Source of the DNA: Halobacteriovoraceae bacterium
GTDB lineage: Bacteria > Bdellovibrionota > Bacteriovoracia > Bacteriovoracales > Bacteriovoracaceae
Reading direction: 5' to 3'
Length of the DNA: 64,000 nt
Assembly: GCA_963719505.1 (NCBI GenBank)
Contig: CAVRCF010000001.1
Span: 608,001 to 672,000 of the forward strand
The position numbers were made by a program, and so were the translations under genes. The notes beneath the pieces were generated by a model, which saw nothing but the letters and a program-made list of their open reading frames with translations, ran no database searches and was not told where the DNA came from. This document shows positions 38,474-48,253 of this stretch, in pieces (the stretch's first letter is position 1; the number at the start of each line of letters is the position of its first letter).

Positions 38474-39126
38474 CAAAAGAAATTGAAGGCACAAGCGAAA
38501 AGTTTAACATCACAACTTATATGGAAGCGAGAAAGCTTGCTCAAAAAATTGTTCTTTTGACTGCTTCTCAATTTGATGTGGGAATGACTGAAGATCAGGG
38601 TTCAACAATTATCGATGAACTTTGTGAAAATTTTAATGTTGAAAGAAAGTGGCATCCAAATAAATTTAGAATTGGTAGAAATACAACTAAAGCCTTTCGG
38701 GAAAAATCTCATCCAGATGTTAAGCTTCAAAAAAATGATATTTATTTTTTAGACTTGGGTTTGGTTATTAATGGACACGAAGCTGACTTTGGTCAAACCT
38801 TTACTGTTGGACAAAATTTAGAGTTTGCTCATGCACAAAAATCAGTAAGAGAAATTTTTAATGAGCTCAAAGCTCTTTGGAAAGAAAAAAGTATCTCAGG
38901 TGAAGCTCTTTATATCGAAGGCGAAAAACTTGCGAGAGAAAAAGGATATATTCTCAACACTGCAATGGATGGTCATCGTCTTGGAGATTTCCCTCACGGA
39001 GCCTTCTACAAGGGCTCTCTAAGTGAATTCGCTAAAAAACCTATTGAGAATCTATGGGTTTTAGAAGTTCTCATCAGACATCCAGAAAAAGAGTTTGGTG
39101 CATTTTACGAGGATATTTTAGTTTGA
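38470..39126 (+). CDS. M24 family metallopeptidase (stand-alone catalytic domain)
   Basis: Metal ligands D(LG), EAD, GH, E and E in pita-bread order. Confidence 0.85.
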   Translation: MTKEIEGTSEKFNITTYMEARKLAQKIVLLTASQFDVGMTEDQGSTIIDELCENFNVERKWHPNKFRIGRNTTKAFREKSHPDVKLQKNDIYFLDLGLVINGHEADFGQTFTVGQNLEFAHAQKSVREIFNELKALWKEKSISGEALYIEGEKLAREKGYILNTAMDGHRLGDFPHGAFYKGSLSEFAKKPIENLWVLEVLIRHPEKEFGAFYEDILV

Positions 39127-39858
39127 TTGCCTAGAGTTTATAAGCTCTTCTGTTTTCACTCCAGCGCAGCTGGGGATTCTAATATCTCTTTCCGTTTCAA
39201 CATTTATAAGCTTATTCATTGGCATCCACTTGCTGACTAGACTGTATTCTTTGGTGTTGTAGAGGGCCAGCTCGACAAGATATTTTCCAATAAGACTTTT
39301 ATCCCCACTAAAAATTATCGGAGTAAATGATGGTCTCTCCATATTTGAAGCACGGTAAGGTGTCCTTCTGTTGGCAAAGAGTTGGTTAGGCTCAGTCTTG
39401 GTCGGAATCAGTGTTATCTCCGTCACTCTTTTGTCGTGCTGGAAAGCCGGACACTTGGCGCGTCTAAACTCACTAGACATAGCGGCAGCGTGATAATAGA
39501 CAAAAATTGATATGCTATCAGACACGTTGCCAAGATTTGCGAGGTCATAGAGAACATGACCGATAGGATTCTTAGAGCCACGATTTATTTTTGTTACTCT
39601 AAAGACCCAAGCATTTGCACCTGATTTACTTAAAAGTCTCTGTGCATCTTTTGGCTTAATCTTTGGAATTTTCACTTTAAACTGGAAGCCTTTAGAAATT
39701 TCTATTTCTTTCTTTTTACCAACTGACCACTCATCAACAGAAAGGTCAAAAACCTCTCCTGTAAGATTATTGACATACATCTGTCCGTTACCAGTTTTGA
39801 CTTCAAACCATTTACTACAAGAGCTTAAGAATATAAGACTTAAGAGAAGAAATTTCAT
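39118..39858 (-). CDS. Hypothetical lipoprotein
   Basis: Lipobox LSSC; ATGA coupling to the upstream VOC gene. Confidence 0.75.
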   Translation of the reverse strand: MKFLLLSLIFLSSCSKWFEVKTGNGQMYVNNLTGEVFDLSVDEWSVGKKKEIEISKGFQFKVKIPKIKPKDAQRLLSKSGANAWVFRVTKINRGSKNPIGHVLYDLANLGNVSDSISIFVYYHAAAMSSEFRRAKCPAFQHDKRVTEITLIPTKTEPNQLFANRRTPYRASNMERPSFTPIIFSGDKSLIGKYLVELALYNTKEYSLVSKWMPMNKLINVETERDIRIPSCAGVKTEELINSRQSN

Positions 39859-40397
39859 CCTTTTAGGAACTCTTCATCATGAAGCCAAGATGCTTGTCTT
39901 GGTGGTTTTTTAGTTTTACTCCACTCTTCTAACATTTCTGGAGCTATCTCTCGAAGCTTATCCATTTGTTTTTTTGTTCCAGTATTAGCAGACAGCTCTA
40001 GTCTGTGTCCATTTGGATCAAAGAAGTAAATAGACTTAAAAACACCATGATCAGTTACGCCAAGAACATCTATTCCTTTTGCTATAAGATCAGTCTTTGC
40101 TTTTTCTAAAGTTTTGAGGTCTTCGACTTCAAAGGCAATATGCTGAACCCATGTTGGAGTGTTTTGATCTCTATCCATCGGTTGTTGTCCCGTCAGTTCA
40201 AAGAAAGCAAGGACATTACCCATTCCAGCATCTAAAAATATATGCATGTAAGGATCGGGCTCTTTGGTAGAGGGAACGTGATCTTCTGAGATTGATACCG
40301 TTAGATCCATATCTAACATTTTTTTATACCAGTCTGCAGTTTCTTTAGCATCATTGCATCTATAAGCGACGTGATGAATTCTCTTTAAAATACTCAT
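39855..40397 (-). CDS. VOC/glyoxalase family protein
   Basis: IHHVAYRC, HIFLDAG.GN.LAFFE, QHIAF, SIYFFDPNGHRLE. Confidence 0.9.
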   Translation of the reverse strand: MSILKRIHHVAYRCNDAKETADWYKKMLDMDLTVSISEDHVPSTKEPDPYMHIFLDAGMGNVLAFFELTGQQPMDRDQNTPTWVQHIAFEVEDLKTLEKAKTDLIAKGIDVLGVTDHGVFKSIYFFDPNGHRLELSANTGTKKQMDKLREIAPEMLEEWSKTKKPPRQASWLHDEEFLKG

Positions 40398-40403
40398 AAT
40401 AAC

Positions 40404-41033
40404 CTACTTTTGAATTTGCGCTTTCATGAGGCGCTGTTTTTCAACGACACTATCTGTTTTAAACCAGTCATTGCCAGCCCCTCGGCCCATTGGTTTCCAC
40501 GCTTGAGTAGTGATTCGCCCACTGTCATATATTTTATCATCGATATGAACTTTTACAACTTCACCGGTTATAAGTGTCCCTGCTCCGGGTTTATCGCCGT
40601 AGCTAATTATATCTCTTAATTCGCACTCGAAGTGAATAGGACTCTCTTTGACTCTTGCAACATCTACAATATCTGACGGGATCGGTGTTAGCCCGGCATG
40701 GATAAATTCATCATCCCCATAAGCCAATTCAGCACTTGCACTGTTAACCTTGTCAGCGTTTTCTTCAGTACAGAAATTAATCACAAACTGCTTGGTGCGC
40801 TCTATATTTTTAACGGTATCTTTTTTTTCACCTGTCGCCGTTCTTATTAAAGGTGCAAAGCAGACAATAAACGGTTTCGCGCTAACACCTGTGAAAAATG
40901 AAAAAGGTGCGACGTTATTTGACCCGTCTTCATTTTTAGTTGAAACAACTGCTATAGGCCTGGGTAAAATTGAGCCTATAAGTAATTTGTAGTTGTCAGC
41001 AAATTCAGCATTTTTTGTATCGAAACTAAGCAT
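40404..41033 (-). CDS. Flavin reductase family protein
   Basis: YKLLIGSILPRPIA.VST, N.APFSFF, KKDT..N, ESP.HFEC. Confidence 0.9.
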   Translation of the reverse strand: MLSFDTKNAEFADNYKLLIGSILPRPIAVVSTKNEDGSNNVAPFSFFTGVSAKPFIVCFAPLIRTATGEKKDTVKNIERTKQFVINFCTEENADKVNSASAELAYGDDEFIHAGLTPIPSDIVDVARVKESPIHFECELRDIISYGDKPGAGTLITGEVVKVHIDDKIYDSGRITTQAWKPMGRGAGNDWFKTDSVVEKQRLMKAQIQK

Positions 41034-42049
41034 TATATTTCCTTATTTGGAACTCCAATTAAATTTCGAAGTTTTCCAATTCTTTCTATTTCTAATTCTA
41101 CTATATCACCGGGTTGAATCCATTTATCAATTTCAAGACCACAACCTGTACCAACGGTACCACTTCCCATGAAGTCAGTCGCAAGAAGCCACTCTTCTTT
41201 TGAGGCATGGTCAATCATTTGGGCCCAAGTGAAGTGAGAGTCACCGGTGTAGCCTCGCGACCAAACTTCGTCATTAATAGTTGCCGTCATTATTAGATTT
41301 GGTTCTTTGCCTTTAAACTCATCAGCCGTTAAAATCACGGGACCAACAACCGAGCAAAAATCTTTTCCCTTCGCAGGACCAAGTCGAACGGCCATCTCCT
41401 TCTTTTGGATATCTCTGGCCGAGATGTCATTAAAAACAGTGTAGCCAAAAATATGGTCGAGTGCATTTTCTTCTTTTATATTTTTTCCGTCTTTTCCAAT
41501 CACAATCCCAAACTCTAATTCATAATCGAGTTTATTTGTGTAGCAAGGCCACGGGACTGTTTCTTCGGTTCCAATAAATCCAGTTGTTGGTCCTTTGTAG
41601 TAGGCTGGCATTTCATACCACGCAGGAGGAATTTGTTCTCCGCGCTTTTCAAAACCTTTGGCAACATGTTTTTCATGGGCGTAAAAGTCTCGGTAGCAAT
41701 TAATTTTATCGATAGGGCAACCAAGGCTTACGTATTGGTCATCCTTTAAATCAAATGAAAGATCAGCTCCATCATTTGTTTTTAAAATTCCATTTGTTGA
41801 GAATTCTTTAAAGGCATCGATAGATTCTTCTAAGATTTCAAAACTTGCTTCTTGGTATTTTTTTAAAAAATCAGAAAGAGATGGTGGGGCAACGTCATGG
41901 GCTTTTGCTTTGGCATCAAAAAAACCATCGATTTCATATTGCTTTTGCCAAATAAGATTAACGTCTATAATTGTTGTTTCATTAAAGAAAACACCAAGTC
42001 TGTTAAATTGTCCAAGCGGAGTTTGTCTCAAATAAGTACAAACTTTCAT
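41033..42049 (-). CDS. Fumarylacetoacetate hydrolase family protein
   Basis: RDFYAHEKHV, LDYELE, NDISARD.Q, GPAKGKDF, GSGTVGTGC. Confidence 0.9.
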   Translation of the reverse strand: MKVCTYLRQTPLGQFNRLGVFFNETTIIDVNLIWQKQYEIDGFFDAKAKAHDVAPPSLSDFLKKYQEASFEILEESIDAFKEFSTNGILKTNDGADLSFDLKDDQYVSLGCPIDKINCYRDFYAHEKHVAKGFEKRGEQIPPAWYEMPAYYKGPTTGFIGTEETVPWPCYTNKLDYELEFGIVIGKDGKNIKEENALDHIFGYTVFNDISARDIQKKEMAVRLGPAKGKDFCSVVGPVILTADEFKGKEPNLIMTATINDEVWSRGYTGDSHFTWAQMIDHASKEEWLLATDFMGSGTVGTGCGLEIDKWIQPGDIVELEIERIGKLRNLIGVPNKEI

Positions 42050-43172
42050 AGAACTGTACTCCTAAATTTTTTATCGTATTCTGGTAAAATTTTATCCATC
42101 GCTGTAAAAAAATGACCATCTCTTCTTTTAGTCCGATAGAAACTCTTACCCAGTCGGGCATTATTGGCTTTTAAAGGTCTAATGATGACACCATGATCAA
42201 GAAGTTTATCAAAAAGAAACATACTCGCCTCTTCTGAGCCCGTTCTGAAACAGATAAAGTTTGTCATCGACTGAATAGGCTTAAATTCTCTTTGGTCTAG
42301 AAACTTTAAAGTTTCATAATAGCGTTTTGTATTGTTTCTAATTGTTCGCTCAAGATGAGGAAAGTCTGTAAGTGCTCCTACAGCTCCTTTTTGAGCAATT
42401 AAATTTGGCTCAAAGGGAAGTTTAACTTTGTGAAGAGCTTGATGAATTCTTCATGAGCAAAACCGTATCCAACTCTTATTCCACCTAGCCCATATGCTTT
42501 AGAAAATGTTCGAAGGGTTATGACGTTGTCATAGCGGTACTTCATAGAGTCTGGATAATCCCAAGTCGACTGAGCAAACTCAAAGTATGCTTCATCTAAA
42601 ATAACAATCGTATGCTTAGGAACAAATTGCATGAGGTAGTCAAATTCAGCTTCAGTGATATAAGTACCAGTCGGATTATCAGGATTGGCAATATAGAGAA
42701 CTTTTGTGTCTTCGTTTACAGCTTTGGCAAGAGCCTTAACATCGTATCTCATATCTTCAGTTCTTGGAACTGTTACAACTTTTGCTCCCCCGGCAGTGGC
42801 AAGAATATGAAATCCAATAAAAGTTTTTTCTGCTGTTAAAACTTCATCGCCTGGTTGAATAAAAGCTCTTGCAATATAGGCCATGATTCCTTCTGAACCA
42901 TTTCCTAGAATGATATTTTCTTTTTCAACTTTATAAAGTTCGCAAAGTTTTGTTTTAAGTGCAGTAGCGTGCATGTCTGGATAGCGGTGAGAATCCCAAA
43001 GAGCATTAGTCATTTCTTTAATCGCAAAAGGACTTGGTCCTAATGGGTTTTCATTACATGCAAGCTTTGTAACCTTGGTTAGACCCTTCTCTCTCATTAC
43101 TTCTTCAATTGGTTTCCCGGCTTGATAAACTTTTAGCTTGTCTAAGTATTCGGGAATTAAACGTTTTTGCAC
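42046..43172 (-). pseudogene. hisC: Histidinol-phosphate/aromatic aminotransferase, frameshifted as assembled
   Basis: GTG start at 43172 behind GAGGAG; KLACNENPLGPSP, NPDNPTG, DEAY, RTFSKAYGL; continues in other frames (ALHKVKLPFEPNLIAQKG... and MPDWVRVSIG). Confidence 0.85.
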
Positions 43173-43341
43173 TGCGCATTCTCCTCGTGATGACGATATA
43201 AAAGATAGAATGAAACTACTTCTAATAGAGTAATTTATCAAGCAGATTAGGCCTAGATATAGTGCCTTAAGTCACTGATAATATAAACTTTTACTCTTAG
43301 AATTATCTTTTATAGTATATTTAAAAAATCAAAGGATAAAG

Positions 43342-44112
43342 ATGAGTATATTGAAAGGAAAAAAAGCGTTAATTTTTGGAGTTGCTAACGATAGAAGCAT
43401 AGCTTGGGGGATAGCCAATGAGCTAAAAAATCATGGTGCCTCTATTGCGCTTTCCTATGTTAACGATGCAATTAAGAAAAGAGTTGAGCCTTTAGCTGAA
43501 CAATTAGGTGCTGACTTTACTTTTGAAATGGATGTTGCAAATGATGATCACTACGAAAAAGTTCAAGGTTTGGTAAAGGATAAATGGGGAGACTTTGATA
43601 TTCTTGTTCACTCCGTGGCTTTTGCCGACAGAAAAGACTTAAAAGATAAATTTTTAAATACTTCAAGAGAAGGCTTTAAACTTGCCTGCGATATCTCGGC
43701 CTTCTCATTGGTCGGGCTCTCACACTCCTTAAGCCCTTTGATGAACGAAGGTGGATCCATTATGAGTATGAGTTATTATGGGTCACAAAAAGTTATCACA
43801 AATTATAACGTGATGGGGGTCGCAAAGGCTGCACTTGAGGCAAGCACAAGGTACTTGGCCAATGAACTTGGAGAGAAACAGATTAGAGTAAACTGCATCT
43901 CAGCTGGTCCGGTAAAGACTCTTGCTGCTTCCGGGGTTTCAGGCTTTAGAGAGATGTTGTCTCAAGTCGAAGAGGTCGCTCCAATGCGAAAAAATATTAC
44001 GCCAACAGATGTTGGGGGAACAGCTGTTTATCTAGCGAGTTCTCTTTCAAACGGTGTGACTGGTCAGGTTATATATGTTGATAGCGGCCTATCAATCCTT
44101 GGAGGATTTTAA
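43342..44112 (+). CDS. fabI: Enoyl-ACP reductase
   Basis: GVANDRSIAWGIA, YNVMGVAKAALEAS.RYLA, SAGPVKTLAA. Confidence 0.95.
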   Translation: MSILKGKKALIFGVANDRSIAWGIANELKNHGASIALSYVNDAIKKRVEPLAEQLGADFTFEMDVANDDHYEKVQGLVKDKWGDFDILVHSVAFADRKDLKDKFLNTSREGFKLACDISAFSLVGLSHSLSPLMNEGGSIMSMSYYGSQKVITNYNVMGVAKAALEASTRYLANELGEKQIRVNCISAGPVKTLAASGVSGFREMLSQVEEVAPMRKNITPTDVGGTAVYLASSLSNGVTGQVIYVDSGLSILGGF

Positions 44113-44843
44113 TGCTAAAAGATGCTCTGGTTTCTTTTAAACCTTCCGTTCAAAATATTTTTCAAGATAAGATTAACTTTATACTTGCACTTATTCCAAT
44201 TATCATTGGTATTGTTCTCTATGTTCTTTTGGGATCTTGGGTCTTTGGAAGCTTGATGGAGCAAGGAAATGCGTGGATTGAAGGACTGACAGGTGAAGGA
44301 GCGACAGGAAGTATTTTGACTGTTATCGCTGGCATTATTCTTTCGGTTTTGTTGTATCTCATTATTAGTTGGACCTTTGTCCTTATTGTAACTGTGGTTG
44401 CAAGTCCATTTAATGATATGCTCTCAAGAAGAACAGAGAGAAAAATGAAAGGTGAGGAGCTTGAATCATTTGCAGCATCTTTTGCCATCATTGGTTCGAC
44501 TTTCTTTAAAACGATATTTACTGAAATTCAAAAAATATCATTTATTTTAGTTTTATCTTTATTGGCATTTGCGATGGGTTATATTCCCCTTTTAACTCCG
44601 ATTAGTCTTATTATTACAGTACTTCTGCTTGCCGTGGGGTTTGTTGACTATTCTTGGTCTCGCCACAACATTCCCTTTGGAATGTGTTTTAAAGATTTAA
44701 AATCAAATTTTTTAAACTATGGATTTGGAGGAGCTTTCTTTTTTGTACTCATCTCTATTCCTGTCGTCAACCTAATCGTTTCTCCTTGGGCAACGAGCTA
44801 TTTTACGATGCTTTGGGTGAAGAATAATGAACATCGCGATTAG
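44112..44843 (+). CDS. EI24/CysZ-like membrane protein
   Basis: ASPFNDMLS..TE motif, DYSW.R, IPVVNL; multiple TMs. Confidence 0.8.
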   Translation: MLKDALVSFKPSVQNIFQDKINFILALIPIIIGIVLYVLLGSWVFGSLMEQGNAWIEGLTGEGATGSILTVIAGIILSVLLYLIISWTFVLIVTVVASPFNDMLSRRTERKMKGEELESFAASFAIIGSTFFKTIFTEIQKISFILVLSLLAFAMGYIPLLTPISLIITVLLLAVGFVDYSWSRHNIPFGMCFKDLKSNFLNYGFGGAFFFVLISIPVVNLIVSPWATSYFTMLWVKNNEHRD

Positions 44844-45813
44844 AGTTCCTGACGAACTCGAACTTAAAATAGCTGTTTTTCCTTTTCTTCATGCTGTCGA
44901 TAGAGCATTGGATGAACTCATTGACGAGTCTGAGGTTTTAAACTTTCATTTAATTTCCAGTTCAGAAAGTTTAATCGCATTAAACTTTTTACCCATGAAA
45001 GCTTACTATCAAACAATACCGAAGGATGACCTTAATAATATCTTTGCCGCTCATAGAAATTTAGGGAACTTGAAACATACCAAAGTTGATATATATATCA
45101 GCATGACTGAAAATTTTGTTGATGTAATGATAGGACGAAACTTAAAGGCAAAAAAGAGGATCGGCTTCGCAAAAGGAAAAAATAGTTTCTTTTTGACTGA
45201 CAAAGTTGAAATAAAGGAGGAAGGCCACTTTGTTGAAAGATTTCAAGACTTTTTATCAAAGCTTGGTGTCGCAAAACCTAAATTAAGAAGAGTTAGCTCC
45301 CGATCATTTGATCCATTCTTTAAAGATACCGAAGAAAAACCTTATATTGTTTTGAATATTGAGACCGTTGAGGGGGCATTAAATACTCACTGGCTTGATC
45401 TAATAAAGCACTTTGAAGAACTAAAGATTGTTATTATGAGTGACGGACTCGATATAAATGACCAAAAACTTCTTCTCACTGAATTTTCAAAACGTATCAA
45501 ATCAAAAAATACAGTTGAAATTTTCGAAGCTGGGGATCTTATTGATTTTGGAAAGTTGATCTACAACTCTCAAGTTTTTGTTTCAGGAGACTCACCTTTT
45601 GTCTCTTTAGCCTCCTATTGTGGTGTACAGGTTTTTCATTTGAATAGAAGTCCAAATAAAGATAAAGATAATCGCTACTTTCTTGGGGATACAGTTGTAT
45701 GCTCTAGCGCTGATAGTTACTACCAAGATGGAGATGACTTCCACTACGGTAAATTTTTTGATGAAGTTATTGAATTTGTTGAAGCTAAAATAAAGAAAAG
45801 AGAGACTAAATGA
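44827..45813 (+). CDS. GT9 (heptosyltransferase-like) fold protein, divergent
   Basis: KKRIGF, H.VERF, VFVSGDS...LASYCG resemble WaaF/WaaC; the N-terminal GD motif is absent. Confidence 0.6.
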   Translation: MNIAIRVPDELELKIAVFPFLHAVDRALDELIDESEVLNFHLISSSESLIALNFLPMKAYYQTIPKDDLNNIFAAHRNLGNLKHTKVDIYISMTENFVDVMIGRNLKAKKRIGFAKGKNSFFLTDKVEIKEEGHFVERFQDFLSKLGVAKPKLRRVSSRSFDPFFKDTEEKPYIVLNIETVEGALNTHWLDLIKHFEELKIVIMSDGLDINDQKLLLTEFSKRIKSKNTVEIFEAGDLIDFGKLIYNSQVFVSGDSPFVSLASYCGVQVFHLNRSPNKDKDNRYFLGDTVVCSSADSYYQDGDDFHYGKFFDEVIEFVEAKIKKRETK

Positions 45814-46712
45814 TTTTAGAAAATATTGTTATGGTTATTGGCTTAATAGGACTTGGATCTTTAAGTAAACGAAGTGGTATTTTTCCTGAGAATACTCCCG
45901 ATGTTTTAAACAAGTTTATTTTGAATATTTCACTACCGGCCATCATCGTTATAAGTATTCCACAATTAATTTTTGATTCTAATATGCTTGTACCTGTTGC
46001 CGTTCACTGGGGAGCTTTTCTTTTTCACGTCGCTGTTTTGTACGGAGTTTGCAAACTTCTAAAATTTTCTCGATCAGTTTTTGGAGCCTTATTAATTGTT
46101 ACAACTCTTGGTAACACTGCATTCCTTGGTATTCCTATGGTTAAAACCTTCCTTGGGGTTGATGCGGTTCCTTATGCCGTATTGTATGATCAATTGGGGT
46201 CAGGAATTGGATACATTATTTTAGGGGCGTTTGTTTTACCTCGTTTTGTTGGAAAGTCTGTTGGAAATCCAAAAGAGGTTTTTATGGGGCTTTTAAAGTT
46301 CCCTCCATTTGTTGCTCTCGTCCTTGGCTTCATCTTTATGAGTGTTCCTATGCCACATGTTCTAGAAAGTTATCTAGCAGCCATTGCTAGTACTCTCATA
46401 CCTTGTGCTATGATCGCCGTGGGATTTCAAATGAAGTATCGTCTCCCCAAATCCACCCTCTATCCAATGGGGGTAGGGTTGTTTATAAAACTTTTAATAG
46501 TCCCTGTTGTGACTTGGTTTTTTGTCTCGAGCGCTGGTGGTGAATCGATTGCGGCGAAGACTTCCATTTTGCAGTCGGGGATGCCACCGATGATAACGGC
46601 TGGTGCTATGGTAATGGCAGAAAAATTAGAAATTGATTTATGTACATCCCTTGTGGGCTATGGACTCTTTTTCTCGTTTATAACTCTGAGCGCAATAAAT
46701 TTCCTGCAGTAA
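45810..46712 (+). CDS. AEC family transporter
   Basis: LNKFILNISLPA, GNTAFLGIP, MPPMITA; about 10 TMs. Confidence 0.9.
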   Translation: MILENIVMVIGLIGLGSLSKRSGIFPENTPDVLNKFILNISLPAIIVISIPQLIFDSNMLVPVAVHWGAFLFHVAVLYGVCKLLKFSRSVFGALLIVTTLGNTAFLGIPMVKTFLGVDAVPYAVLYDQLGSGIGYIILGAFVLPRFVGKSVGNPKEVFMGLLKFPPFVALVLGFIFMSVPMPHVLESYLAAIASTLIPCAMIAVGFQMKYRLPKSTLYPMGVGLFIKLLIVPVVTWFFVSSAGGESIAAKTSILQSGMPPMITAGAMVMAEKLEIDLCTSLVGYGLFFSFITLSAINFLQ

Positions 46713-46836
46713 TTCTAAGTGCTTTTCGCTGCGTTACGACTCTGTCGGGGCAATATATCTCCACTACAAACCTGGCACCTATCAGAATACAATGCTATAA
46801 AACTATTTCATCAGTCATTATGACAAGGAGATTAAT

Positions 46837-47580
46837 ATGCGTAGAATAATTACTTTAATCAGCATTCTTGCTTTAAGTTTAAGTTTAGCAAGTTGTGGAA
46901 AGAGTGGAACTAAACTTGTTACCGACATCGGAGTTGAAACTTTAGATGACGGAACTTCACAATATCTTTCAACAGACTTTGTTTTAGATATTGGTTCAAC
47001 AGAGCTACCATTTATTTCACTTCCACTTCCAAAAGATATTGGTGCTTTAAGACTTTATCGATTAAATGGACAAAATAGGATTGCCGTTGACCTCAATCTA
47101 ACTTCAGCTTTAAAGCTACCTAGAGAGCTTGGAACTCTTCCCAATGGACAGCCGATTCCTGTCGATACAAATGGTGCTGGAATTATCACTATTAAAATAG
47201 AAGGAATAAATGCAAAAGTTTATGTTGCTCAAAAAGAAGATACAACGTTAGTTGGTTTTGCAATCGCTATTAAGCAGCTTGACGGTTTAGGAGACTCAAT
47301 TGGAAATGCCGGTATTTTTCCAAGCTTTGAGTTAGGAAAAGTGAGACTTACTGCTGGAGTCTTTACTTCAGATGAAGCAAAAGAGACTGGAATTGCGGCT
47401 TTCGCAAACCTTGGAAATGTATTTGCGGGAGACAGCAAAACAATTGAACTAGCTTCAAACGTAGAGCACTTCACACCAATAAGACAGAGAAGACTTTCTA
47501 GAAGACAACAGAGAAGAGCTTACAATGCTCTTAGAAGAGTAATGTATTCTGGAGAAGAATTAATTCTTTCTGAAAAATAA
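46837..47580 (+). CDS. Hypothetical lipoprotein with Arg-rich C-terminus
   Basis: AAGGAG RBS; lipobox LASC; RQRRLSRRQQRR tail. Confidence 0.8.
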   Translation: MRRIITLISILALSLSLASCGKSGTKLVTDIGVETLDDGTSQYLSTDFVLDIGSTELPFISLPLPKDIGALRLYRLNGQNRIAVDLNLTSALKLPRELGTLPNGQPIPVDTNGAGIITIKIEGINAKVYVAQKEDTTLVGFAIAIKQLDGLGDSIGNAGIFPSFELGKVRLTAGVFTSDEAKETGIAAFANLGNVFAGDSKTIELASNVEHFTPIRQRRLSRRQQRRAYNALRRVMYSGEELILSEK

Positions 47581-47604
47581 ATAAAAGCCAATTTAGAATT
47601 TGAT

Positions 47605-47635
47605 AGAGCCCGGATTAATTTCCGGGCTTTTTTTT
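47605..47635 (+). terminator. Intrinsic terminator
   Basis: AGCCCGGA-TTAATT-TCCGGGCT followed by T run. Confidence 0.85.
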
Positions 47636-48239
47636 AGTAATTTCTGATAAATCTACAGACGTTCACTGTCGCCAGTTGGCCGAAACGGGTATAACCACTG
47701 ACTGGTATACACTGCCCAATTTCTTTGCAGTCGTTATTAAAAGTACATTGCCTTCCGTTATGAACACATCTGTTAAAATCACATCTTGTTTCTCTTTCAC
47801 AAATTTGACTGAGGGGACACTCCATAGAGCCATTTAAAGTAATGAGTTCTTTTTTAAGATTTTTTATAGCTTCAGCTTTTCTTTTGTTTTGCTCAAAGAC
47901 TTCAATGCCTAGTTTATTGCCTTTTTGAAACTCAATACTTTTTTGGTTGCAGTACAAGTGTTCCGTACCAGAGTCTAAACCTAGTTTATAACCATTTTGG
48001 TAAGTACAATAAAGTTTTAGTCCTTCGTCATAGCCACTAAGATATTTTTCTCTTTCCATGGTAATTCCATGCTCCGAGCAATCTTTTTGATACTTTGAAT
48101 CTTGGGGGGTGACTTTTCCTCTCAGGGCATCACTTTTGCCTCTTTCAAGCCAATTGGTTGTCTGACATTCTTCTTTTGATAGGCTGCTGCAACTAGCAAT
48201 ACCAAAAACTAGAAATGAGATAAGGAGTAGGTGTTTCAT
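47634..48239 (-). CDS. DUF2799 lipoprotein with Cys-rich C-terminal extension
   Basis: C.SLSKEEC..NW...G..DA..G; Y..GY.EGL..YC...NGY.LG. Confidence 0.8.
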   Translation of the reverse strand: MKHLLLISFLVFGIASCSSLSKEECQTTNWLERGKSDALRGKVTPQDSKYQKDCSEHGITMEREKYLSGYDEGLKLYCTYQNGYKLGLDSGTEHLYCNQKSIEFQKGNKLGIEVFEQNKRKAEAIKNLKKELITLNGSMECPLSQICERETRCDFNRCVHNGRQCTFNNDCKEIGQCIPVSGYTRFGQLATVNVCRFIRNY

Positions 48240-48253
48240 ATTTCCTCTTTTAT

